Part shown: positions 39,054 to 46,164 of the stretch, in pieces
Numbering within the stretch: the stretch's first letter is position 1
Layout: every line of letters begins with the position of its first letter
Assembly (NCBI GenBank): GCA_031414595.1
Contig: JANNVX010000039.1
Location: 1 to 46,164 of the forward strand
DNA length: 46,164 nucleotides
Reading direction: 5' to 3'
DNA from: Deinococcales bacterium
Lineage (GTDB): Bacteria > Deinococcota > Deinococci > Deinococcales > JAAFIG01
Notes under the pieces: model-generated
The model's input: only the letters and a program-made list of their open reading frames with translations
Told to the model about the DNA's origin: nothing
The model's database searches: none
Program-made: the position numbers and the translations under genes

Positions 39054-39407
39054 ATGCGAATACTCGAGACCATTGCCAAAAGCCTAAGAAGCCAATCTAT
39101 TCATCCCACAGTTGTCTATAACGCTCTGATAGACCTCGAGAACAACGCTGGTATTGGGGCGATTGCCGACCTCGAGTATCGTCTTGCTCGTTTGGTTCGT
39201 GCCATGAAAGAGCGCGACGACCTTGCCACGGGCATTGCTGCCGCATGGCTTTCCAGCACCCGAGCTTACCTAGAACAATTTGGCACAGTCGAACCGATTT
39301 CGCAGCCAATAAACCCTTTGCACAGCACAGTTTTACGGCTGGTGCAACCCAAATTAAAGTCAATGCCGTTTTCATTCGGCACAAACTTAATTCCTCAAGG
39401 AGTGTAG
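39054..39407 (+). CDS. Hypothetical protein divergent from ddrO (putative RDR-regulon member)
   Basis: GGAGG RBS, helical 117-aa ORF, RDRM-containing promoter. Confidence 0.75.
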   Translation: MRILETIAKSLRSQSIHPTVVYNALIDLENNAGIGAIADLEYRLARLVRAMKERDDLATGIAAAWLSSTRAYLEQFGTVEPISQPINPLHSTVLRLVQPKLKSMPFSFGTNLIPQGV

Positions 39408-39410
39408 CTT

Positions 39411-40331
39411 ATGCCAGACCAAACTTGCGCTCATCTTTCGCCAATTGGGAATTGGTGTCGCTTGAAGAACAATTTCAAATGCCCCGCCCAAGCCGGACGA
39501 ATCGGTTGCCCATTTCCTAAAATCCCTAGCCTCAACGACCGTGCCGAAGACCGCCGTGACCGCATTGCTAAAGCCATTGCCTTAGAGACCATCGAAGTAT
39601 CTGCCCCAAGCATTATTCCAAGCCCACTCGAGCAAGTGCGAATTCTACACCTCGAGCGCCAAATGCTTGAACGCCAAACCGCTTTTGAGCGCCTGACCGA
39701 ATTATTTCCACAAGAGTTAATAGAGTGGCGATTCGAGAGCCGTTCACGCGACCAACGCCGTGCTTTGGTACGCCCTGTGCTAAGTGCTAAAACCGTAACA
39801 GACCGTCTCGAGACAGTGGTTGGAACAGCCAATTGGAGCGATTTTTACACCAACCTGCCCGGCTCACGGGTGGCTTGCCGTTTAACGGTGCTGGGTGTGA
39901 CCAAAGAAGCCATTTCTGCTGCCCTCGAGCCAGAACTGGCTTACAACGACGCACTGGTACGGGCGGCGGCTAAATTTGGGGTCGGACGTGCCTTAGAACG
40001 GATTGTTGGCACTTGGGTAGACTGGGATGACAACCGCAGCCAACCGCTCGAGCCGCCAGTCTTACCAGATTGGGCAGTGGCAACACCAGCCCCACAAATT
40101 GTGCAAATCCTGCCAAGCCAGCAAGTAGCGGAGGCTCGCGCAGGCGAAAAACTGATTACCGATTTAATCAAAGCGGTGCGTCAATTGCCTGGCGGTGAAA
40201 TCGAACTGCGCCGTTTGATGCGTCGTCGTAACCGTTGGCATACCAGCACCGATACCGATAAACGCGCTTTGTACAGCGAACTGCGTAAAGCCTACCGTCA
40301 ATTGTCTGGTGGTGCAATGCAGAGTGTTTGA
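39411..40331 (+). CDS. Rad52/DdrA-like ssDNA-binding/annealing protein with a Cys-rich N-terminal extension
   Basis: VTDRLETVVG..NW, CRLTVLGVTKE, DALVRAAAKFGVGR, WVDWD..R...PPVLPDWA, LYSELR match the DdrA/Rad52 pattern; AGGAG RBS. Confidence 0.82.
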   Translation: MPDQTCAHLSPIGNWCRLKNNFKCPAQAGRIGCPFPKIPSLNDRAEDRRDRIAKAIALETIEVSAPSIIPSPLEQVRILHLERQMLERQTAFERLTELFPQELIEWRFESRSRDQRRALVRPVLSAKTVTDRLETVVGTANWSDFYTNLPGSRVACRLTVLGVTKEAISAALEPELAYNDALVRAAAKFGVGRALERIVGTWVDWDDNRSQPLEPPVLPDWAVATPAPQIVQILPSQQVAEARAGEKLITDLIKAVRQLPGGEIELRRLMRRRNRWHTSTDTDKRALYSELRKAYRQLSGGAMQSV

Positions 40332-40363
40332 AAGGCTATGAGCTATGGGCTTTGAGCTTTGAG

Positions 40364-41026
40364 TTAAGGACTGCCAAATTTATTAAACGGAAGTAGCCGC
40401 CATGTGGCTCTACCCGCCACATCTTCGGCTTTGACCAGCCCAAATGCCCTCGAGTCTAGGCTTGCTCCCAAACGCCGATTATCGCCCATCACATAGTAGC
40501 TACCTTGGCGCACGACGGTTTTCATGGCGTTGTCCGAGCCTTGATTTTCAGAAATATAGTATTCACGCAAGCGTTCGCCGTTTAATAAAACCGTGCCGTC
40601 TTTGACTTGGATGGTGTCGCCCGGTACACCAATAATGCGTTTAATCAGATACGGACGAAAAGTCCAGTCAGATGGGATTTTCCAAGCCAGTAAATTTAGT
40701 ACAGGCAGCCCCTCGAGAAAGACCGACATCGGCTCAAAACTGTTGGGATTGTCCTGTGGGGGTTTAACCACAATTAAATCTCCGCGTTGCAAATAATTCG
40801 GACGAATTCCCCAAGCCGCAAACCAGCGCTCGAGTTTATAGACCAGTAAATAATCACCAGATTCAAGCGTCGGACTCATGCTTTCACCACGCACACCAAC
40901 TGGAATGACCAAAAAAGTCACGACCAACCAAGCGGGTAAAAGGGTTTCGAGAACGACTTCTTTAAGGATTCGTTTCCACCACGGCATTGGTGCTTTTTTG
41001 TCTGGTAGTGCAGGTAATTCTGGCAT
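40364..41026 (-). CDS. lepB: Signal peptidase I
   Basis: GESMSPTL (catalytic Ser), YLIKRIIGVPGD (catalytic Lys), YVMGDNR...SLDSR. Confidence 0.93.
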   Translation of the reverse strand: MPELPALPDKKAPMPWWKRILKEVVLETLLPAWLVVTFLVIPVGVRGESMSPTLESGDYLLVYKLERWFAAWGIRPNYLQRGDLIVVKPPQDNPNSFEPMSVFLEGLPVLNLLAWKIPSDWTFRPYLIKRIIGVPGDTIQVKDGTVLLNGERLREYYISENQGSDNAMKTVVRQGSYYVMGDNRRLGASLDSRAFGLVKAEDVAGRATWRLLPFNKFGSP

Positions 41027-41057
41027 TTAACCAGAGTGTACGATGACCCAGATGAGC

Positions 41058-41246
41058 TTAATGACGTTTTTTGGCTTTCCAAGTTCCGCCGTACCGATAA
41101 CCAGCAAACTCGAGTTCGGCTTTTGTTCGACATTTTGGACATAAGTAAACCCAAGGTTGATTCACCCCAAGTTGCACACGGTACAAGATCAGCCCAAGGG
41201 CAGTACAGTGGTCACAGGTTTTTTGGCGAATTCGAGTGGCTTTCAT
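41058..41246 (-). CDS. Small putative zinc-binding protein
   Basis: CDHC and CPKC pairs, C-terminal YRYGGTWKAKKRH; fills the gap in a co-oriented gene run. Confidence 0.7.
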   Translation of the reverse strand: MKATRIRQKTCDHCTALGLILYRVQLGVNQPWVYLCPKCRTKAELEFAGYRYGGTWKAKKRH

Positions 41247-41257
41247 TTAGATGGTTG

Positions 41258-42190
41258 TCAGGTTACGGCTGCTTTGGCGCTGCGTTTGCGACTATACATC
41301 TGAGCATCGGCACGCTCGAGAATCGCATCTACTTCGTCTTGGCGGTTGACTGGAATACTGCCAACATCGCCTTTGACAATTAAGATTCCTTTGGAGGTTT
41401 TGATAGGGGCAGTAAAAATTTGCTCTAATCGAGCCTGTAAATCTGGGTGCTGCGAAGCGATTAAAAATTCGTCACCACCAATTCGAGCCACCAAATCGTT
41501 TGGGCGAACACTGGCAATTAAACGCTTGGCAACTTCATGCAGCACTTCGTCACCAGTTTTATGCCCGAGTTTGTCATTAAATCCCTTAAAGTCGGTCAGG
41601 TCAACATAGGCTACCGAAACGGCTTCGCCGCTTTTACACATTTCCTCGAGCCGCTCTAAACCTGCTGAACGGTTATACAACAAACTCAAAAGAGGGTCGC
41701 GGCGGGCAGCCCGACGCTCGAGCGATAAGGTCATGGCGGCTGCACCCATTGAGGAAAGCGCCACAAAAAACATTGAACCAGTGAGTAAGTCAAAATTCTG
41801 CCATGTCCCAGCAATACCGCACCCCGCTCCCATCAGCAACATCCACGGAATTGGTTTGGTTTCTCCATCTACCAGATTGGCGAGGGCAACGCCAAAAAAC
41901 CAGACTGGGATAATCATTAAAAAAGGACTGTTTTTACCGCCCGTAGATAAAATCATCAGGCTTAAGGTAATCGTGTCGGTAAACGCCAAAGCCCAGCGAA
42001 CCCATGGTGGACTGCTCGAGAATGCCGCCAGCAAATAAAGCACAAAAGAACCTACTTGGGCAGTTAAAACAATCGTGCTGAACGGTAAAATGTTGGTAAA
42101 GTGCAAAATTAGATAAAAAGCAAATGACCCCAGACCGCCATAAACCCGTTGTCGCCAAATGGCGCTGCTCGAAGCTCCCACAAACTTCAT
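41258..42190 (-). CDS. Membrane diguanylate cyclase
   Basis: N-terminal TM helices, DLTDFKGFNDKLGHKTGD, RPND I-site, ARIGGDEF; TAGACT 5 nt before ATG 42190. Confidence 0.92.
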   Translation of the reverse strand: MKFVGASSSAIWRQRVYGGLGSFAFYLILHFTNILPFSTIVLTAQVGSFVLYLLAAFSSSPPWVRWALAFTDTITLSLMILSTGGKNSPFLMIIPVWFFGVALANLVDGETKPIPWMLLMGAGCGIAGTWQNFDLLTGSMFFVALSSMGAAAMTLSLERRAARRDPLLSLLYNRSAGLERLEEMCKSGEAVSVAYVDLTDFKGFNDKLGHKTGDEVLHEVAKRLIASVRPNDLVARIGGDEFLIASQHPDLQARLEQIFTAPIKTSKGILIVKGDVGSIPVNRQDEVDAILERADAQMYSRKRSAKAAVT

Positions 42191-42232
42191 ACGGTAGTCT
42201 AATCCTCTAGCGTCACACAACCATCAAAAAGC

Positions 42233-42835
42233 CTAATGGCTGTACCGTTCTTCACGCCACGGGTCGCCCCGCTTATGGTAGCCATTTTTTTCCCAGAAAC
42301 CAAGGCGGTCGCCAGTCATAAACTCGAGACCAGAAATCCATTTTGGGCTTTTCCAAAAAAATAGGTGCGGCACAACAATTCGCATTGGACCACCGTGTTC
42401 GGCGCTTAATGGCTGGTCATCATAAATGTGCGAAAAAAGATTTTCGGGGCGCACAAAATCCTCGAGTGGCAAATTGGTGGTGTAGCCACCGTAACAGTGC
42501 ATCATCACATGGGTGGCACTGGGTTTAAGTTTAATCAGCTTCATGATTTCTGGAACACTTACACCCGTCCAGCGCATATCGAGCTTGGTCCAATGGGTCA
42601 CACAATGAATATCATGGGTTTGGGTTGACATTGGCATTTGCATTAGCTCCGCCCAAGGAATCTGCACTTCGCTCTCCACTTCGCCAAAGACCCGAATAGA
42701 AACCTGTTCGGCTTCGACTCGAGGTACAGGACCGTAAGTCAGCACTGGAAAGCGCTCGGTTAGGCTTTGCCCGGGAGGGGTGCGTTTAGCGAGTTCCGAA
42801 TTGGCGGCGGGTTTTTGGAAGAGTTTAGAAAACAT
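42233..42835 (-). CDS. Sulfite oxidase-like molybdopterin oxidoreductase (YuiH type)
   Basis: PPGQ, FPVL, DIHCVTHW, YTTNLPL, EHGGPMR, WKSPKW, GFWEKNGYH. Confidence 0.9.
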   Translation of the reverse strand: MFSKLFQKPAANSELAKRTPPGQSLTERFPVLTYGPVPRVEAEQVSIRVFGEVESEVQIPWAELMQMPMSTQTHDIHCVTHWTKLDMRWTGVSVPEIMKLIKLKPSATHVMMHCYGGYTTNLPLEDFVRPENLFSHIYDDQPLSAEHGGPMRIVVPHLFFWKSPKWISGLEFMTGDRLGFWEKNGYHKRGDPWREERYSH

Positions 42836-42983
42836 AGTCATAGTCTAGTACGTTCCTCGAGTCAATTTGGTTCGGTAGCCCACCAAATTAAACCCTCGAG
42901 AGGAATGTCATCTCGAGGGCTGGGTTTAGGAGGTCATGCAACAAAGAGGAAGCTAGAGGCTAAAAACGAGAAGCTATTAGCTT

Positions 42984-44474
42984 CTAAGCGTTGCGAATTG
43001 GTATCTCGAGCGTAAAGGTACTGCCTTCGCCTTCGCCAGCGCTCTCTGCCCAGACACGCCCGCCGTGGGCTTCAATGATGCTCTTAACGATGACTAAGCC
43101 TAAACCGGTGCCTGTGCTGCGGCGTTGCTCACCGGGTAAACGTTGGTATTTTTTGAATAATCGCGGTAAGTGGTCTGGTGCGATGCCATTGCCTGTATCG
43201 GCAATTGAAATTCTAAAAAGTGCGCCTGTCGTGGTTAGGTGTACATCTATTAAACCATCGTCTGGGGTGTACTTGATGGCGTTGCCAATCAGATTGTCTA
43301 TGACTTGTTTCAAGCGTGGTTCATCGGCAATACTCGCTAAGGTATCGGGCGAAGTTAAATTTAGGCGCTGCCCTTTGCTGGTGGCAATCACACGGGCTTG
43401 TTCGGCGCTTGACCGAATAATTGCAGCAATATCGCTTGGGTTTGGTTCTAAAGTAAAGTAACCCGCGTCTATTTTGGCGTAATCTAAATAATCCACCACC
43501 AAACGTTGCAGTTTTTCGGCGGCATCCTGCCCGACCCGAACGGCTTTAAGTTGTTCTTCGGTCAGGTTAGAAATGTCGTTTTCGAGCAGATGCTCCAAAC
43601 TAAGTCCAATCACATTGGCAGGGTTTTTCAGGTCGTGTGTGACCATGCTGTATAAATCGGCTTTCATGCTTTCTAACTGCTGACGGGCAATAATCCCAGC
43701 GCGGTACTCTTTGGCTTGCTCTAAAGCATAATAAAATTCGCTTCTATCGCCCTCGAGTGGCAAATCTTGTTTAGCCAAAAAGCCGTCCGCCCCAATTCGC
43801 ATTGCTTCGATGGCGGTTTTGACATCCCCTGCGGCGGTCAGCATGACAATCACCACATCTTGAGAGGCTTTACGAATATGCGGTAGCAACTCGAGACCGG
43901 TATAGTCGGGCATTTGTAAATCGAGCAGAATTAAATCGAATTTACCAATTTCTTTGAGGCGATCCAGCAATTCTGTGCCATTGCGGGCTTCTTCGACCCC
44001 AGCCCCAGATTCACTAAAAATACGGCGGATGGCACTGCGAACCAAACCAGAATCGTCTACTGATAAAATACGCCGCAAACCACCAGCCGCTTCATCAGAT
44101 TGTGGTTCGACCACCGGGGTTGGGTCTAAGTTCAGTGCGCCCATTGGTGGGGCATACAAAAAGGCTTCTTCTTCAAGGCTCTCGAGTTCGTTCTCAAGCC
44201 GCGCAAGGTTTTCAGATGGGTCGGCGCGTTCTAAGGCTTTGAAAGTCGTGTCCAGCACCGATAAAGACACAGGAAAATTCATTTCCACGGCAGTTTTTGC
44301 CAGTCCAGCCAAGCGATTGGCGACTCGAGCCAAATGCACTGCGCTGCTGGCTTGGGCAATTTTCTCTAGGGTTTTAGCGCCAGACTCGAGTTCCCCGAGC
44401 GGTACGGCTTTTACATTTGCCGAGAGACGAGAGATGAGCGCACTGACTTCTTGCTTAAATGGTTCAAGGGTCAC
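42984..44474 (-). CDS. Hybrid sensor kinase (N-terminal helical domain, REC, HisKA, HATPase)
   Basis: ILSVDD / LILLDLQMP / FLAK receiver; THDLKNP; NLIGNAIKYT; DTGNGI; GTGLGL. Confidence 0.92.
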   Translation of the reverse strand: MTLEPFKQEVSALISRLSANVKAVPLGELESGAKTLEKIAQASSAVHLARVANRLAGLAKTAVEMNFPVSLSVLDTTFKALERADPSENLARLENELESLEEEAFLYAPPMGALNLDPTPVVEPQSDEAAGGLRRILSVDDSGLVRSAIRRIFSESGAGVEEARNGTELLDRLKEIGKFDLILLDLQMPDYTGLELLPHIRKASQDVVIVMLTAAGDVKTAIEAMRIGADGFLAKQDLPLEGDRSEFYYALEQAKEYRAGIIARQQLESMKADLYSMVTHDLKNPANVIGLSLEHLLENDISNLTEEQLKAVRVGQDAAEKLQRLVVDYLDYAKIDAGYFTLEPNPSDIAAIIRSSAEQARVIATSKGQRLNLTSPDTLASIADEPRLKQVIDNLIGNAIKYTPDDGLIDVHLTTTGALFRISIADTGNGIAPDHLPRLFKKYQRLPGEQRRSTGTGLGLVIVKSIIEAHGGRVWAESAGEGEGSTFTLEIPIRNA

Positions 44475-44545
44475 AATCGGGAAACCTCGCTTTCTGATTC
44501 ATTCTACTGATAAAGTATCACACAAGCGTCACAGAATAGCGAGAC

Positions 44546-44576
44546 AAAAAAACCACAGCCACTTTGGCTGTGGTTT
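44546..44576 (-). terminator. Rho-independent terminator of the VOC gene
   Basis: AAAAAAACCACAGCCA-CTT-TGGCTGTGGTTT. Confidence 0.85.
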
Positions 44577-44590
44577 AGCTAGATTTTTGA

Positions 44591-44992
44591 TTATGCGTGT
44601 GGTTGCACCACATAGACTTCATCGCCAAATGGGTCTTTGAAGGTTAAATCTCGTCCCCAAGGCATTTCTCCTATCGGGCGAACGATGCTTAAGTTGTTCT
44701 GCTCGAGTTTGGTAACCAAGCCATCAAGGTCATCTGAACCCAATACCAGTAAAGCCTGATGACCAATTTGGGCAAGGGCGATTTCTTGGGCTTGACCCTC
44801 GAGCCAATTGTGTGGGTTATACAACACCACTTCAAAATTCTTTTGGTTTGCAGTGCAGACAGTAAGCCATCGTTTTTTTTCGTCCATCATTGTGTCTGTA
44901 TGAACCTCAAAGCCTAGAATATCGTGGTAAAATGCTAAGGCTTCGTCTTCGTTGCGGACATAGCGGGTGATGTGGGTAACACTTGTAATCAT
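44591..44992 (-). CDS. VOC/glyoxalase family protein
   Basis: VTHITRYV...ALAFYHDILGF, RWLTV, MPWG...FKDPFG; AAGGAG RBS. Confidence 0.9.
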   Translation of the reverse strand: MITSVTHITRYVRNEDEALAFYHDILGFEVHTDTMMDEKKRWLTVCTANQKNFEVVLYNPHNWLEGQAQEIALAQIGHQALLVLGSDDLDGLVTKLEQNNLSIVRPIGEMPWGRDLTFKDPFGDEVYVVQPHA

Positions 44993-45131
44993 AGTTGCTC
45001 CTTTTCTTGATTATTATAAATCAATAAACTTAAATTTGTCAAAAACAGAAAAAAATTCTCCTATGAAGCCTAGTGGTGTTTTGTCGGCCCACCATTTTGA
45101 GGGCTTTACATTCAGTAAAATCTATCAGGTC

Positions 45132-45179
45132 TTGACAATACGACTGGTTAGGGCTACTATTTCGGTGTTTGGCGAAATA
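45132..45179 (+). promoter_or_regulatory. Sigma-A promoter with a palindromic ArsR-type operator
   Basis: TTGACA-17 nt-TACTAT; inverted repeat TATTTCG-N8-CGAAATA (45158-45179) overlapping the -10. Confidence 0.8.
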
Positions 45180-45195
45180 CCAAAATAAGGAGACC

Positions 45196-45483
45196 ATGAA
45201 TGAAATCTTCAAAGCACTGGCTGACCCAACGAGGCGCGAAATCCTACGTGTGCTGCGAGAACGTGAACGCAGTGCGGGTGAAATCTCGGAACTTTTCCCA
45301 TTGGCAAAAAGTACCTTGTCGGGACACTTTAATGTCCTCAAAGCGGCTGACTTAATCGAACAAGATAGACGAGGCACAACCATCACCTACCGACTCAACA
45401 CCAGTATTTTTGAAGAGGTTGTTACCCATTTATTTGACTTTTTTGGCACTCAACAACCAATTGCCCAAAGGAAGGAATCATGA
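45196..45483 (+). CDS. ArsR/SdpR-family autorepressor
   Basis: MNEIFKALADPTRREIL...AKSTLSGHFNVLKAADLI...YRLNTSIFEE; AAGGAG RBS. Confidence 0.9.
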   Translation: MNEIFKALADPTRREILRVLRERERSAGEISELFPLAKSTLSGHFNVLKAADLIEQDRRGTTITYRLNTSIFEEVVTHLFDFFGTQQPIAQRKES

Positions 45484-46046
45484 AAAGTGTAATCGTAAAA
45501 AGCATCAATCTAGCTGGAATCATTTGGGGGTTCGCTTATGGGTTACTGCTGTACTTACCGCTTCCTGAACGAGTCCCAGTCCATTTTGGAATAGATGGTA
45601 CTCCAGACCGGTATGGCACAAAACTCGAGGCAGGATTTGGCATTTTGCTGCTTCCGGTACTGCTGCTTGGTTTGTACACTTTGTTTTGGTGGATGACAAA
45701 AAATGAAACTCGAGTGGCACAGAAAAAAATCCTCGAGACCACCCAAATAGGCATGACTTTTTTGCTGCTGTTGGTACAGTTTTCGATTATACAAGCCATG
45801 CAGCAAGGGCAATTTAAGGATATTCGTTTAATCGCACTCGGCATTGGTGTGTTGTTGATGCTGCTTGGTAATCTTATGCCCAAAATTGTGCCAAATGCTC
45901 TTATTGGTGTACGAATTCCTTGGACTTTTGCTTCTGATCGTGCTTGGTATGCAGCCAATCGACTTGGGGCTTGGATACTGGTGGGTATTGGCGGGGGGTT
46001 GATTTTGTGCAGTCTGTTTTTACCAATAGTCTGGAACGTTTTTTAA
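45480..46046 (+). CDS. SdpI-family immunity membrane protein (DUF1648 + SdpI)
   Basis: LPERVPVHFGIDGTPDRYG, GNLMPKIVPNALIGVRIPWT...W..ANRLG. Confidence 0.88.
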   Translation: MKSVIVKSINLAGIIWGFAYGLLLYLPLPERVPVHFGIDGTPDRYGTKLEAGFGILLLPVLLLGLYTLFWWMTKNETRVAQKKILETTQIGMTFLLLLVQFSIIQAMQQGQFKDIRLIALGIGVLLMLLGNLMPKIVPNALIGVRIPWTFASDRAWYAANRLGAWILVGIGGGLILCSLFLPIVWNVF

Positions 46047-46164
46047 ATTTAAGAAATTAAAAGTGGAAGCCCTACTGTAAGCTGTGAGTGTCTAAACCAA
46101 CGCTCCAAAAAGGCTTCCATGACTATCTTAAACCAAATTCTGACCTTAGCGGGTATTCGCAAAA

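Noticed and set aside
40335-40363. Heptamer run GCTATGA GCTATGG GCTTTGA GCTTTGA
   Set aside because: Short degenerate filler between convergent genes; no evidence of function.
43954-44640. 228-aa plus-strand ORF
   Set aside because: Antisense shadow of the hybrid kinase; Ser/Arg-rich with no motifs.
46119-46164. Start of a further CDS (MTILNQILTLAGIRK...)
   Set aside because: Only 15 codons are visible at the window edge, so it cannot be supported.
1-46164. tRNA, rRNA or riboswitch
   Set aside because: No recognisable cloverleaf, rRNA signature or known aptamer by eye; an Infernal/Rfam scan would be needed to exclude them.

Overview
Chromosomal segment of a Deinococcota (Deinococcales-like) bacterium. 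The assignment rests on a clear ddrO orthologue, a DdrA/Rad52-like gene, 17-bp RDRM operators upstream of uvrB and ddrO, and many leaderless promoters. Housekeeping and metabolic genes (uvrB, hom, MalEFG-type sugar ABC, GH38 mannosidase, EndoV, bcp, lepB, GGDEF, hybrid kinase, sdpRI-like pair) flank a ~15 kb accessory locus at 21.0-36.2 kb. That locus is the best candidate for an undescribed system. It holds two paralogous BTAD-ATPase-TPR-HTH regulators with conserved ends and diverged TPR cores, and three tiny Sec-secreted peptides sharing an LLDExG motif, each with its own promoter and RBS. It also holds two RiPP-leader-like (YxxPxL...LTG) micro-ORFs translationally coupled to delta-60-repeat lipoproteins, a truncated third delta-60 gene and a HigBA module. 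Across the window the palindrome CTCGAG is extremely over-represented (HIP1-like) and pairs up to form intergenic hairpins. All calls were made by eye from sequence and motifs; no database searches were run.
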